54,520 nt of DNA from assembly GCA_035524915.1 (NCBI GenBank), contig DATLFF010000087.1, positions 1 through 54,520 on the forward strand. The letters run 5' to 3'. Positions 26,322-35,410 of the stretch are shown here, piece by piece. The stretch comes from Gemmatimonadota bacterium (GTDB taxonomy: Bacteria; Gemmatimonadota; Gemmatimonadetes; JACCXV01; JAHWKZ01). Below the pieces are notes generated by a model. That model did no database searches, was not told the origin of the DNA, and was given only the letters and a program-made list of their open reading frames with translations. Numbering within the stretch: position 1 is the stretch's first letter; the number at the start of each line of letters is the position of its first letter. The translations under genes and the position numbers were made by a program.

Positions 26322-29300
26322 TCAGGTCGAGAAGTACTTCGCCTCCGGGTGGTGCACCACGAGCGCCGCCGTGGCGAACTCGGGAACCAGCGCGCCGGCT
26401 TCGGTCAGCTCCATTCCGAGCCGCTCGCGCGCCGGGAGCAGATCGTACACGAGCGCGTGCTGGAGGACGTCCGGGCAGGCCCCGTAGCCCCACGAGTAGC
26501 GGAGCCCGCGGTCCGGCTCGATCCCCATGTCTCTCCGGACGACCTCGTGGACGTACTCTGCCGCCGCCTCCGCGAGCCGAACGCCGAAACCATGAAGATA
26601 GTAGGCCTCCGAGTACTCCCCCGCCTCCATGAGGGCCGCCGAGCGCTCCAGGATCTCGTCGCCCACCGAGACGATCTGGACCGCCACCACGTCGCGCACC
26701 TCGCCGCCGGCCGGGCGGAAGTAGTCGACCAGCGACAGCCTGTCCCGGTCGGCCTGGCGCGGGAAGGCGAACCGGCCGCGCTCGACGGACGGGTCCTCGG
26801 GGTCGTAGACGACCAGATCGAGACCGTCCGCCGCCGCCGGGTAGATCCCGTACGCGGCCCGCGGCCGCACCCGTCCGCCGGCGAGCGCCTCCTGCCGGTA
26901 GCGGGCCAGCCGGGGCTCGAACTCCTCGGCCAGCAGGCGGTCCCACGCCTCGCCCTTCGCGTTCTTGGCCCCCCAGTGGAGCCGGTAGAGCGTGTTCAGG
27001 TCGATCCGCTCGAAGAGGTCCGCCAGCGGCAGCCGCTCGATCACCTTGACCCCCAGGAACGCGGGCCGGGGCGTCTCCGCCGGGCCCGGTCCGGGCGTCT
27101 CCCGCCGGCGCTCCTCCACCGAGGCCTTCAGCCGCTCCCGCCGCTCGACCCCCTCGCGGATCTCCTCCAGCCGCGCCCGCACGAACGCCGCCCGGCCGGA
27201 CGCGTCGCTCAGCGACTCCATCGCGGCCAGGCCCGCGAAGGCGTCCTTGCAGTACCAGACGCCCGGGCCGTAGATCGACTCCCGCGACTCGTCCAGGAAC
27301 GCCGCCTCGCGGATGAACGACGGGTTGATCGCCGCGCCGCCGCAGAGCACCGGGTACTCCAGGCCTCGCCGGGACAGCTCCCGCACGCACTGCGGCATCT
27401 GCCGCGAGGTCGACACCAGGAGCGCCGAGAGCCCGATCGCGTCCGCCCCGTGTTCCTGCGCTTTCGTCAGGATCGTCTCGATCGGCACCTGCTTGCCGAG
27501 GTCGTGCACGGTGTAGCCGTTGTTCGAGAGGATCGTCCCCACCAGGTTCTTGCCGATGTCGTGGACGTCGCCGAATACGGTGGCGAGGACCACCACCCCC
27601 TTGGTCTGCCCGTCCTTCCTCTCCAGGTAGGTCTCGAGCCGGGCCACCGCGCGCTTCATGACCTCGGCCGACTGGAGGACGAACGGAAGGATCAGCTCCC
27701 CCGCGCCGAACTTGTCCCCGACCTCCTTCATGGCCGGCAGGAGCACCTGATTCAGCACCGTCACCGCCGCGGGGTCGTCCCCGCCGCGGTCGCCGATCGC
27801 CTGGTCGACCATCGCCTCCACGCCGTCGCGCCGGCGGTGCAGGATCATCCAGTGGATCGCCTCCTCCGGGGTCATCCCCTCGGTCGGATCGGCCCGGTCC
27901 TCGGCCTCCGGGGTGCGCTCCTCGAACCATTCGATGAAGCGGGCCAGGGCGTCCTCCCGCCGGTCGAAGATCAGGTCGTCGGCGAGCGCCCGCTCCTCCT
28001 CGTCGACCTCGGCGTAGGGCTCGACGTGGGCGGCGTTGACGATCGCCATGTCGAGGCCGGCCTCCACGCAGTGGTGGAGGAACACGGAGTTCAGGACCTT
28101 CCGCGCGTGAGGCCGGAGGCCGAACGAGACGTTGGAGACGCCGAGGCTGGTCAGCACGCCCGGCAGCTCGGTCTTGATCCGGCGCACGCCCTCGATCGTG
28201 TCGAGCGCGGAGCGGCGGAACTCGGCGTCGCCGGTGGCCAGCGTGAAGGTGAGCGCGTCGAAGATCAGGGCGTCCGGAGCGAGGCCGTACTCGCCGACGA
28301 CGATGTCGTGGATCCGCCGCGCGACCGCCACCTTCCGGTGGGCGTCCTTGGCCATCCCTTCCTCGTCGATCGTGAGCGCCACCACGGCCGCGCCGTGCTC
28401 AGCCAGCAGCGGCGCCACCGCGTCGATCTTCCCCCGGCCCCCCTCCAGGTGGATCGAGTTCACCACGGCCCGGCCGGGATAGCGCTCCAGCGCCACCCGG
28501 ATCACGTCAACCTCGGTGGTGTCGATCGCCAGCGGCGCCGGGACCCCCTGCGCGAGGAGCTTCGTCAGCGCGGCCATCTGCTCCGACTCGTCCAGCCGCT
28601 CGGTCAGCGCCACGCACACGTCCAGGAGGTGGGCCCCGCCGTCCACCTGGTCGCGGGCCACCTGTAGAATTCCCTCATAGTCGTCGTCGAGGAGGAGCTG
28701 CTTCACCTTCCGCGAGCCCTGGCTGTTCACCCGCTCGCCGATCAGGGTCGGCGCGGGATCCTGCGCCAGGTCCATGGCCACCATCGCGCTCGCCACACGC
28801 GGCACTCGTGTCACGGCGCGGGCGAGCGGCGCGCGGCCGCCGACCCGTTCCACCACCGCCGCCAGGTGCTCCGGCGTGGTCCCGCAGCAGCCGCCCACGA
28901 TCGAGGCGCCGATCTCGGCCACGAACGCCTCGTGCGCGTTCGCCAACTCCTCAGGCGGCAGGTCGTAGACCGCCTCTCCCCCCACGTTCCGCGGGATCCC
29001 GGCGTTCGGGATCACGCTCACGGGGAGCGACACGTTCTCACAGAGCCATCGGACCGGCTGCCGCATCGGCTCGGGGCCGGTCGAGCAGTTGAGCCCGATC
29101 GCGTCCACCCCGAGCGCCTCGATCGTGACTCCGGCCGCCTCGATGTCGGTCCCCAGGAGCATCCTTCCCGCCGGGTCCAGCGTGACCTGGACCTGGAGCG
29201 GCACGCGCCGGCCGGCTCTCCTCATCGCCTCCTTGCAGCCGCGGACCGCGGCCTTGACCTCGAGCAGGTCCTGCGAGGTCTCGATCAGCAGGAGGTCCAC

Positions 29301-29771
29301 TTCGCCCTCCAGGAGCCCGGCCGCCTGCTCGGCGAAGACCGGGACCAGGTCGGCATAGCCGAGCCGCCCGAGCTCGGGGTCGGAGGTGGACGGAAGGAAT
29401 CCCGAGGGTCCGATCGAGCCGGCCACGAAGCGCGGCCGGTCGGACGTCGAGAAGTCCGCCGCCACCCCGCGGGCCAGGCCCGCCGCGGCGCGGTTCAGCT
29501 CCACCACCCGGTCCCCCAGCCCGTACTCGGCGAGCGTCAGCCGGTTGGCGCGGAAGGTGTTCGTCTCAACGACGTCGCATCCCACCTCGAGGAACGAGGC
29601 GTGGATCTCGCGGATCACGTCCGGGCGCGAGAGCACCAGGTGGTCGACGCAGCCGTCCAGCCGTCGACCGCCGTAGTCGTCCGCCGAGAGCGCGCGGGAC
29701 TGGATGCTCGTCCCCATGGCCCCGTCGAAGACGAGGATTCTCTCACGCAGGATTTCGAGGTACCTCGTCAT
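26322..29771 (-). CDS. metH: cobalamin-dependent methionine synthase
   Basis: 1149-aa ORF. Homocysteine-binding, pterin-binding, B12-binding (GDVHDIGKNLV) and AdoMet-activation domains are all present and collinear. Confidence 0.95.
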   Translation of the reverse strand: MTRYLEILRERILVFDGAMGTSIQSRALSADDYGGRRLDGCVDHLVLSRPDVIREIHASFLEVGCDVVETNTFRANRLTLAEYGLGDRVVELNRAAAGLARGVAADFSTSDRPRFVAGSIGPSGFLPSTSDPELGRLGYADLVPVFAEQAAGLLEGEVDLLLIETSQDLLEVKAAVRGCKEAMRRAGRRVPLQVQVTLDPAGRMLLGTDIEAAGVTIEALGVDAIGLNCSTGPEPMRQPVRWLCENVSLPVSVIPNAGIPRNVGGEAVYDLPPEELANAHEAFVAEIGASIVGGCCGTTPEHLAAVVERVGGRAPLARAVTRVPRVASAMVAMDLAQDPAPTLIGERVNSQGSRKVKQLLLDDDYEGILQVARDQVDGGAHLLDVCVALTERLDESEQMAALTKLLAQGVPAPLAIDTTEVDVIRVALERYPGRAVVNSIHLEGGRGKIDAVAPLLAEHGAAVVALTIDEEGMAKDAHRKVAVARRIHDIVVGEYGLAPDALIFDALTFTLATGDAEFRRSALDTIEGVRRIKTELPGVLTSLGVSNVSFGLRPHARKVLNSVFLHHCVEAGLDMAIVNAAHVEPYAEVDEEERALADDLIFDRREDALARFIEWFEERTPEAEDRADPTEGMTPEEAIHWMILHRRRDGVEAMVDQAIGDRGGDDPAAVTVLNQVLLPAMKEVGDKFGAGELILPFVLQSAEVMKRAVARLETYLERKDGQTKGVVVLATVFGDVHDIGKNLVGTILSNNGYTVHDLGKQVPIETILTKAQEHGADAIGLSALLVSTSRQMPQCVRELSRRGLEYPVLCGGAAINPSFIREAAFLDESRESIYGPGVWYCKDAFAGLAAMESLSDASGRAAFVRARLEEIREGVERRERLKASVEERRRETPGPGPAETPRPAFLGVKVIERLPLADLFERIDLNTLYRLHWGAKNAKGEAWDRLLAEEFEPRLARYRQEALAGGRVRPRAAYGIYPAAADGLDLVVYDPEDPSVERGRFAFPRQADRDRLSLVDYFRPAGGEVRDVVAVQIVSVGDEILERSAALMEAGEYSEAYYLHGFGVRLAEAAAEYVHEVVRRDMGIEPDRGLRYSWGYGACPDVLQHALVYDLLPARERLGMELTEAGALVPEFATAALVVHHPEAKYFST

Positions 29772-29783
29772 GCGGTCTCTCCG

Positions 29784-29823
29784 AAAAAACGAAAACGTCC
29801 CGCCGAAGGACCGCGCGGGACGT
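29784..29823 (-). terminator. intrinsic terminator/attenuator inside the metH 5' leader
   Basis: Minus strand has a 9-bp stem ACGTCCCGC/GCGGGACGT with an 11-nt loop, followed by TTTCGTTTTTT. It ends 12 nt before the metH ATG (29771), with GGAGAG as SD in between. Confidence 0.6.
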
Positions 29824-30047
29824 GACCGGGCGCTCGTCTTTTCGGCGTTTTAGGCCTTTGGTTCGGCGACCGTGCGGTCGACCCGGCGGTGGCAAGCAGC
29901 CACAAATCCCTCCGCCGTCGGCGCCGGAGATCCGGCGCTTCTCACTTCGAATCCTAGCGCGCCTGCGGAAAATCATCCAGCCCCGCACGCGCGAACAGCC
30001 GCCGGCGGCCGTGCCCGGCCGCGAGGCGGGTCCTATATTCCGCGACA

Positions 30048-30383
30048 GTGAACGTGACGATGGAACGCCTGATCGCGCTGCAGGACCTTCAGCAGCTTCA
30101 GCGTGACCTCCAGGAGTCCTCCTACCAGGACCTGGGCTTCGAGAAGCTCGATCCGGCGGTGATCGGCGAGGAGGTCGAGGGCCTGCGGGAGGAGATCGAC
30201 CCGCGGTTCCTGCAGCGGTTCGACCACATCCGGAAGAAGTACGAGCGGCCGCTGGTCCCGGTCCGGAACGGCGTCTGCTACGGCTGTTTCGTCCGCTTTC
30301 CCACCGCCCGCCTGGCGGACTTCGAAGGCGACGTGCCGCTCACGTGCGAGAGTTGCGGCCGGCTGCTCTACCGCATCCCCTGA
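30048..30383 (+). CDS. C4-type zinc-ribbon domain protein
   Basis: ORF 30048..30383, with ATG 30060 as an alternative start. Coiled-coil-like N-terminal part and a C-terminal CxxC...CxxC ribbon (GVCYGCFVRF...LTCESCGRLLY). Confidence 0.65.
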   Translation: MNVTMERLIALQDLQQLQRDLQESSYQDLGFEKLDPAVIGEEVEGLREEIDPRFLQRFDHIRKKYERPLVPVRNGVCYGCFVRFPTARLADFEGDVPLTCESCGRLLYRIP

Positions 30384-30387
30384 GTAA

Positions 30388-30795
30388 TCATCTCGACTCG
30401 GGGTCCGGGACCGGCTCCGCCGACTTGAGGACGAGGAGTTGCCGGAGGAGCGGTCGGGCGTCTCCCGCCTGGAGGCGGTACCAGTAACGGCCCGTCGGCA
30501 CGGGCTCCCCTTCCGCGTCCAGCCCATCCCAGGTCACCACGTAGCTGCCGCGCCGCTGGGGCCGGTCCACCAGGACGGCGACCTCCTGCACGAGCAGGTT
30601 GTAAATCGTGAGGCGGACCGGGCCGTCCCGGTCGGTGCGGTAGGCGATGATGGTGGAGCTGAACCCCGGCGAGAATGGGTTGGGGACGTTCTGATCGAGC
30701 CGCACCGCGTCCGGACCCGACCCGCTCTGGGCGGCCGCGGGCGCGGCGGCGGCCAGGCCGATCGCGAGCGCGAGCGCGCCGAGGCTACGGCGCAC
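30388..30795 (-). CDS. small secreted protein with a FlgD-Ig-like beta-sandwich domain
   Basis: GTG 30795 gives the signal peptide VRRSLGALALAIGLAAAAPAAAQ. The body NVPNPFSPGFSSTIIAYR...VRLTIYNLLVQEVAVLVD...VVTWDGLDAEGEPVPTGRYWYRL matches the FlgD_ig / T9SS-tail-like pattern. Confidence 0.6.
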   Translation of the reverse strand: MRRSLGALALAIGLAAAAPAAAQSGSGPDAVRLDQNVPNPFSPGFSSTIIAYRTDRDGPVRLTIYNLLVQEVAVLVDRPQRRGSYVVTWDGLDAEGEPVPTGRYWYRLQAGDARPLLRQLLVLKSAEPVPDPESR

Positions 30796-31402
30796 GGACC
30801 GCGAACGAGTCGCCGTACCCGCGGGCGCGCGCCTCGGCGAGAAAGCGCTCGGCCGCCGCGCGGTCGGGGAATCGTCCGAGAAAGACCCGCACGAGGCCCC
30901 CGGAGAACTCGTGCCATCGGGGTCGGTCCGGGAAGTCGCGCTCGATCTGGCTGATTCGGACGAGGGCTCCGGTCTCAGTCGCATACGCTCCCACTTGGAG
31001 GGTCCAGCCGCCGGCCGCGGTCGCGGCGGGCGGCACCGGCACCCCCACCGAGGGGGTCGCGCTGGGCTCCGGCGCCGGTAGCTCATACGCCGGCGGACCC
31101 CCCAGAGTTCCGAGCAGCTCCGCCGTGGACGGATCTCCGTCCGCCCGTACCGGGCCCGGCGCGACGGCCGGCGCCCGCGCCGGGCCCTCCACGGGCCGAA
31201 CGGAGTCGGGGTGGACGAACCGCTCGTAGACTCCGGCCGCGAGGACGTCGGCCTGGCTCGCAAAATCCGGCCGCGCGGCCTCCCGGGCGGCCGTGAACTC
31301 CGGGTCCGAGGTCCGATCGCGCGGCGGCTCGGGCCGGCGCTCGGGCGCCGAGGCGCAGGCGCCCGCGAGCGCGATCGCCGCCAGGACCGCCGTCCGTCTC
31401 AT
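30785..31402 (-). CDS. SPOR domain-containing lipoprotein
   Basis: Lipobox signal peptide MRRTAVLAAIALAGC, a Pro/Ala-rich linker and a C-terminal SPOR-like domain (WTLQVGAYATETGA...VRVFLGRFPDRAAAERFLAEARARGY). ATG 31402 overlaps the selB stop as ATGA. Confidence 0.8.
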   Translation of the reverse strand: MRRTAVLAAIALAGACASAPERRPEPPRDRTSDPEFTAAREAARPDFASQADVLAAGVYERFVHPDSVRPVEGPARAPAVAPGPVRADGDPSTAELLGTLGGPPAYELPAPEPSATPSVGVPVPPAATAAGGWTLQVGAYATETGALVRISQIERDFPDRPRWHEFSGGLVRVFLGRFPDRAAAERFLAEARARGYGDSFAVRAP

Positions 31403-33300
31403 GCCCGCACCCGCCGGTTCCCCTCGCGCCGGGTCACGCCCTCGCGGTCGAGGTACTCGAGCAGCGGGATCAGGTACTTCCGGCTCACGCCCAGGAGCTC
31501 CCTGAACGCGCCCACCTCGACCGCTCCCTCGGCTTCGAGCCGCTCCACCACCGCCTCGCGGGCCCGCTCCACGGCCGCCGCGTCGGCGTACCAGTCGCTG
31601 GCCAGCTTGACCAGCGCCCCTTCCCGCTCCAGATGGGCCAGGAGCTCCCGCAGCCGCCGGGTCTCCACCCGGAGATCGCTCGCCAGCGCGACGGTCTCCG
31701 GCGGCTCGAGCGCCGCCTCCGACAGCCGGGCCTGGAGGCGCGCCACGAGCTCGCGTTCGCCCTCCGGGAGCTGGGCCCGATGGCCGGCGAGCGCGAGCAC
31801 CGTACCGCGGCGCCGGGCGCGGTCTTCACGCTCCAGCGCCTCGATCGCGGCCTCCACCAGCGCGGGGTCGGCCGGCCGGGCCGCGCGCCGCGCGGCCTCG
31901 AGCGGGAGCCCGGGCTGAAGTGGCTCGCGCGCGTGGTGCTCCGCCAGCGCGCGCTCGATCCGCTCCATCGCCCGCACCCGGGCCGAAGCGGCGAACCAGC
32001 GCCCGCCGTGGATCTCGATCCCGGCCGGCGGCTCACCCGGCTCCACTCCGGTCTCGATCGCCAGGGCGGCGTGCGGGATCCCGATCCCCCCGGCGGCCTC
32101 CAGCGCGAGCACCAGCCGCGCCTCCTCCGGGGCGTCCGCCATCTCGGCCAGCCGGCGGCCGCGCTCCGCCCGCGCGGCACCGCGCTCCCGTGGCGGGTCC
32201 AGCGCCAGGATCGTGCCGCCGCCGATCGTCGTGACCGGACTGTACGCCCGGAGCACCAGCCGGTCTCCCGCCGCCGGCACGATCGGCGCCTCCAGCGTCA
32301 GCCGCGCGTCGGCCTCCTCGCCCGGCTCGAGCGTGTTCCGGTCGTACCACCACACCCGCGCCATCACCTCACGGGTGGCGTGGTGGACCCGCACCCTGGC
32401 CCCGCGCGGAAGCGGCCGCGGCGCCGAGCTCGCCAGGGCGCAGCGGGCGTCCACCCGCTTCACCATCCGCCACGGGCGGGACGGGTCGGCCAGGACCGCC
32501 CCGCGCCCCGCGCTCGCCGTGTCGGCCCCGGCCAGGCCGAGCGCCGCGCGCTGACCGGCGCCCGCCCGCTCCACTGCCGCGCCGTGCACCTGAATCGAGC
32601 GGACGCGCGTCTCCACCGGGCGCACCGGACGGCGGGCCTCCGCCGGGAACAGCGCCACCACCCCGCCCGTCTCGACCTCGCCGCTCCACACCGTGCCGGT
32701 CGCCACCGTGCCCACCCCGGCCACGCCGAACGCGCGGTCGACCGGCAGCCGGAACGGGAGGTGCGCGCGCCGCGCCGGCTCGGCCCCGGCCACGGCCTCG
32801 CCGAGGGCCGCGCGCACGCGCTCCACCCCCTCCCCCGTCCGCGCCGAGCAGACCACGATCGGGGCGCCGGCCAGGACCGTTCCGGCCAGCTCCTCGCGCA
32901 CGCTCTCGGCCACCAGCTCCGCCCATTCAGGCTCCACCAGGTCGGCCTTGGTGACGGCCACCACACCGCGCTCCACGCCCAGCGCCGTGAGCACCAGCAG
33001 GTGCTCGCGGCTCTGCGGCATCATCCCCTCGTCGGCCGCCACCACCAGGAGCACCGCGTCGATCCCGGTCGCGCCGGCCACCATGTTCTTGATGAACCCC
33101 TCGTGGCCGGGCACGTCCACCACGCTGGCCGGCGGCGCGCCCTCCCCGAGCTCGAGCGGGGCGAACCCCAGGTCGATGGAGATGCCGCGCTCGCGCTCGG
33201 CCGGCAGGCGGTCGGTCCAGACGCCGGTCAGCGCCCGCACGAGCTCGGTCTTCCCGTGGTCGATGTGCCCGGCCGTGCCCACCACGCGGCCCCGCGTCAT
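31399..33300 (-). CDS. selB: selenocysteine-specific translation elongation factor
   Basis: N-terminal GTPase (GTAGHIDHGKTELVRALTG..TDRLPAERERGISIDLGFA, VDVPGHEGF, TKAD) plus C-terminal winged-helix repeats ending FRELLGVSRKYLIPLLEYLDREGVTRREGNRRV. ATG 33300 overlaps the recO stop as ATGA. Confidence 0.9.
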   Translation of the reverse strand: MTRGRVVGTAGHIDHGKTELVRALTGVWTDRLPAERERGISIDLGFAPLELGEGAPPASVVDVPGHEGFIKNMVAGATGIDAVLLVVAADEGMMPQSREHLLVLTALGVERGVVAVTKADLVEPEWAELVAESVREELAGTVLAGAPIVVCSARTGEGVERVRAALGEAVAGAEPARRAHLPFRLPVDRAFGVAGVGTVATGTVWSGEVETGGVVALFPAEARRPVRPVETRVRSIQVHGAAVERAGAGQRAALGLAGADTASAGRGAVLADPSRPWRMVKRVDARCALASSAPRPLPRGARVRVHHATREVMARVWWYDRNTLEPGEEADARLTLEAPIVPAAGDRLVLRAYSPVTTIGGGTILALDPPRERGAARAERGRRLAEMADAPEEARLVLALEAAGGIGIPHAALAIETGVEPGEPPAGIEIHGGRWFAASARVRAMERIERALAEHHAREPLQPGLPLEAARRAARPADPALVEAAIEALEREDRARRRGTVLALAGHRAQLPEGERELVARLQARLSEAALEPPETVALASDLRVETRRLRELLAHLEREGALVKLASDWYADAAAVERAREAVVERLEAEGAVEVGAFRELLGVSRKYLIPLLEYLDREGVTRREGNRRVRA

Positions 33301-34037
33301 CTCCGCCTCCGCGCCGGGGCCAGGTCCATGTGCCAGGCCACGAACCGTCCCACGTGCTCCTGCACCGCCGCCTCCTCCGGGCGCGGCGGTCCCAGGCCCG
33401 CGATCAGCTCCCACTCGGGATGGTGGTAGAGGGCCAGCAGCGCGTACTCGCGGGGACCGAACCGCGCCCCCGGCCGGCCGGCGGCGCAGTCCGCGCAGAC
33501 GAGCCCGCCTTCCTCCACGGCGAGGGCCATCCCGCGGGGATCCGGAAGCTCGCGGTCGCACGCCGCGCACGACTCCAGCCGGGGGGCCAGGCCGAGCCAC
33601 GACGCGGCGGCCGAGCGGTGCCAGGTCTCCCACCGCCGGACCTCCCCCGGGGGGACCACTCCCAGGCGTCGGAGCGCGGCGGCCGCGAGGTCGAAGACCG
33701 GCTCCGCGGGCGCGCGCTCGGGCAGCGCCGCGCGCAGGAACCGGAACCACGCGCCCGCCGCTTCCATCCGCTCCAGCGAGCGCAGCACTTCCGGGTGCTC
33801 CTCCAGCATGTCTGCCTGCGACAGGGTCTGGATCTCGCGGCCCGGCTTGTCGTAGAAGGTCACCTGGAGCCGCCGGAAGGGGTCCAGCCGCGCCCCGAAA
33901 CGGCTTCTCGGCCCGCGCACCCCTTTGGCGATGACGGGCACGACGCCGCGCTCCCGGGTCAGCAGCCGGCAGATCAGGCTCGTCTCGCCGTAGCGCACCG
34001 TCTGGATCACGAACGCGTCGTCGCGGACGATCGCCAC
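33297..34037 (-). CDS. recO: DNA repair protein RecO
   Basis: ORF 33297..34037. OB-fold N-terminus (DAFVIQTVRYGETSLICRLLTRERGVV) and a Cys-rich zinc motif (CAACDREL...CADCAAG). Confidence 0.88.
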   Translation of the reverse strand: MAIVRDDAFVIQTVRYGETSLICRLLTRERGVVPVIAKGVRGPRSRFGARLDPFRRLQVTFYDKPGREIQTLSQADMLEEHPEVLRSLERMEAAGAWFRFLRAALPERAPAEPVFDLAAAALRRLGVVPPGEVRRWETWHRSAAASWLGLAPRLESCAACDRELPDPRGMALAVEEGGLVCADCAAGRPGARFGPREYALLALYHHPEWELIAGLGPPRPEEAAVQEHVGRFVAWHMDLAPARRRR

Positions 34038-34041
34038 GGTC

Positions 34042-35403
34042 TCACATCACCTGCACGAGGAAATGGGACGCGGCCCAAAGGATCACGACGAACGAGACGA
34101 TGTCGGTCAGGGTGAACAGAAACACCGACGAGCTGACGGCCGGGTCCAGTCCCGCCCGGTCGAGCAGGATCGGGATGGCCGCGCCCCACAGCACGGCCAC
34201 CGTCACCGCCAGCCACATCGACCCGCCCACGACCAGCCCGACCCGGACGTCGCCCCGCCAGAGAGCCGCTCCGATCCCCACCAGCACCGCGATCACCAGT
34301 CCGATCACGACCCCCGCCGTCAGCTCGCGGAGCACCGAGCGGAGCGGCTTGACCGCCGAGCCCGAGAGGGCCAGCCGGCGGACCGCCACGGTCATCGCCT
34401 GGACGGCGGAGTTCCCTGCCATCGCCGCCACCAGCGGCATGAACACGGCGATGAACGCGATCCGGGCGATGGTCTCCTCGAACTGGGCCACGATGGCCGC
34501 CCCCAGCGACGCGGTGGCCAGCGTGATCAGGAGCCACGGCGTACGCGAGCGGATGATCTCGGCCGGGGAGGCGTAGCGCTCCTCCTCCTCGTCCACGCCG
34601 GAGAGTCGGAAGATGTCCTCCGTAGCCTCCGCCTCGATGATGTCGATCACGTCGTCGACGGTGATCCGGCCGAGCAGCCGTCCGAACTCGTCCACGACCG
34701 GGATGGAGACCAGGTTGTACTTGGCGATCAGCCGCGCCACATCCTCCTGGTCCATATTCGGGCGAACCGTGACCAGGTCCGTGCGCATCACGTCCCGCAC
34801 CAGGGTCGAACCGTCGGCCAGGATCAGATCCTGGAGCGAGATCGCGCCGGCGAGTCGCCCTTCGTCCTCGACCACCCAGACGGTGTGGAAGTCAGCCACC
34901 TCGCGGCCGCGCTCGCGGACCCGCACGATCGCCTCATCGGCCGTGATGTCGGCCGGCACGGTGACCATCTCCGTGGTCATGACGCCACCCGCCGACTCCT
35001 CGTCGTAGCGCATCAGGGCGGCGATCTCGCGCGAGCCCTCGGGCTCGATCCGGGAGAGGATCTCCCGCGCTTCCTCGCTCGTCAGCTCGCCGAGGATGTC
35101 GGCGGCGTCGTCGACCTCGAGGTTCTCGAACAGCTCCCGCAGGGAGTGCGCCTCGACGGCCTCGAGGAGCTCGGGCCACGTGTCCTGATCCACCTCGGAC
35201 AGCGTCTCGGCCCGCATCCCGGGGGGGATCCGCCGGAACAGCTCGACCCGTTCTCCATCCTCCAGGAGGTCGATGATCTCGGCCAAGTCCGCCGGATGGA
35301 GCTCGGCGATCTCGGCATCCAGGGCGGCGTGGTCGTCGCCGGCCTCGATGGCCCGGCGGATCCGCTCGATCCGCTCGCGGGTCTCCTCGGTCGGGTCTCG
35401 CAT
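34042..35403 (-). CDS. mgtE: magnesium transporter MgtE
   Basis: ATG 35403. MgtE N-domain (LHPADLAEIIDLLE), tandem CBS domains and a C-terminal MgtE membrane domain (AVFMPLVAAMAGNSAVQ, LDPAVSSSVFLFTLTDIVSF). Confidence 0.92.
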   Translation of the reverse strand: MRDPTEETRERIERIRRAIEAGDDHAALDAEIAELHPADLAEIIDLLEDGERVELFRRIPPGMRAETLSEVDQDTWPELLEAVEAHSLRELFENLEVDDAADILGELTSEEAREILSRIEPEGSREIAALMRYDEESAGGVMTTEMVTVPADITADEAIVRVRERGREVADFHTVWVVEDEGRLAGAISLQDLILADGSTLVRDVMRTDLVTVRPNMDQEDVARLIAKYNLVSIPVVDEFGRLLGRITVDDVIDIIEAEATEDIFRLSGVDEEEERYASPAEIIRSRTPWLLITLATASLGAAIVAQFEETIARIAFIAVFMPLVAAMAGNSAVQAMTVAVRRLALSGSAVKPLRSVLRELTAGVVIGLVIAVLVGIGAALWRGDVRVGLVVGGSMWLAVTVAVLWGAAIPILLDRAGLDPAVSSSVFLFTLTDIVSFVVILWAASHFLVQVM

Positions 35404-35410
35404 CGTGGCC

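Noticed and set aside
29772-30047. Assigning the metH leader to a specific riboswitch class (cobalamin, SAM-I/II/IV or SAH).
   Set aside because: There are partial resemblances (GCCACCG against the B12-box GCCACUG, and GGCGGAGGGA against the SAM-I GAGGGA). The surrounding conserved cores are not present by eye. Without a covariance-model search, a class call would be a guess.
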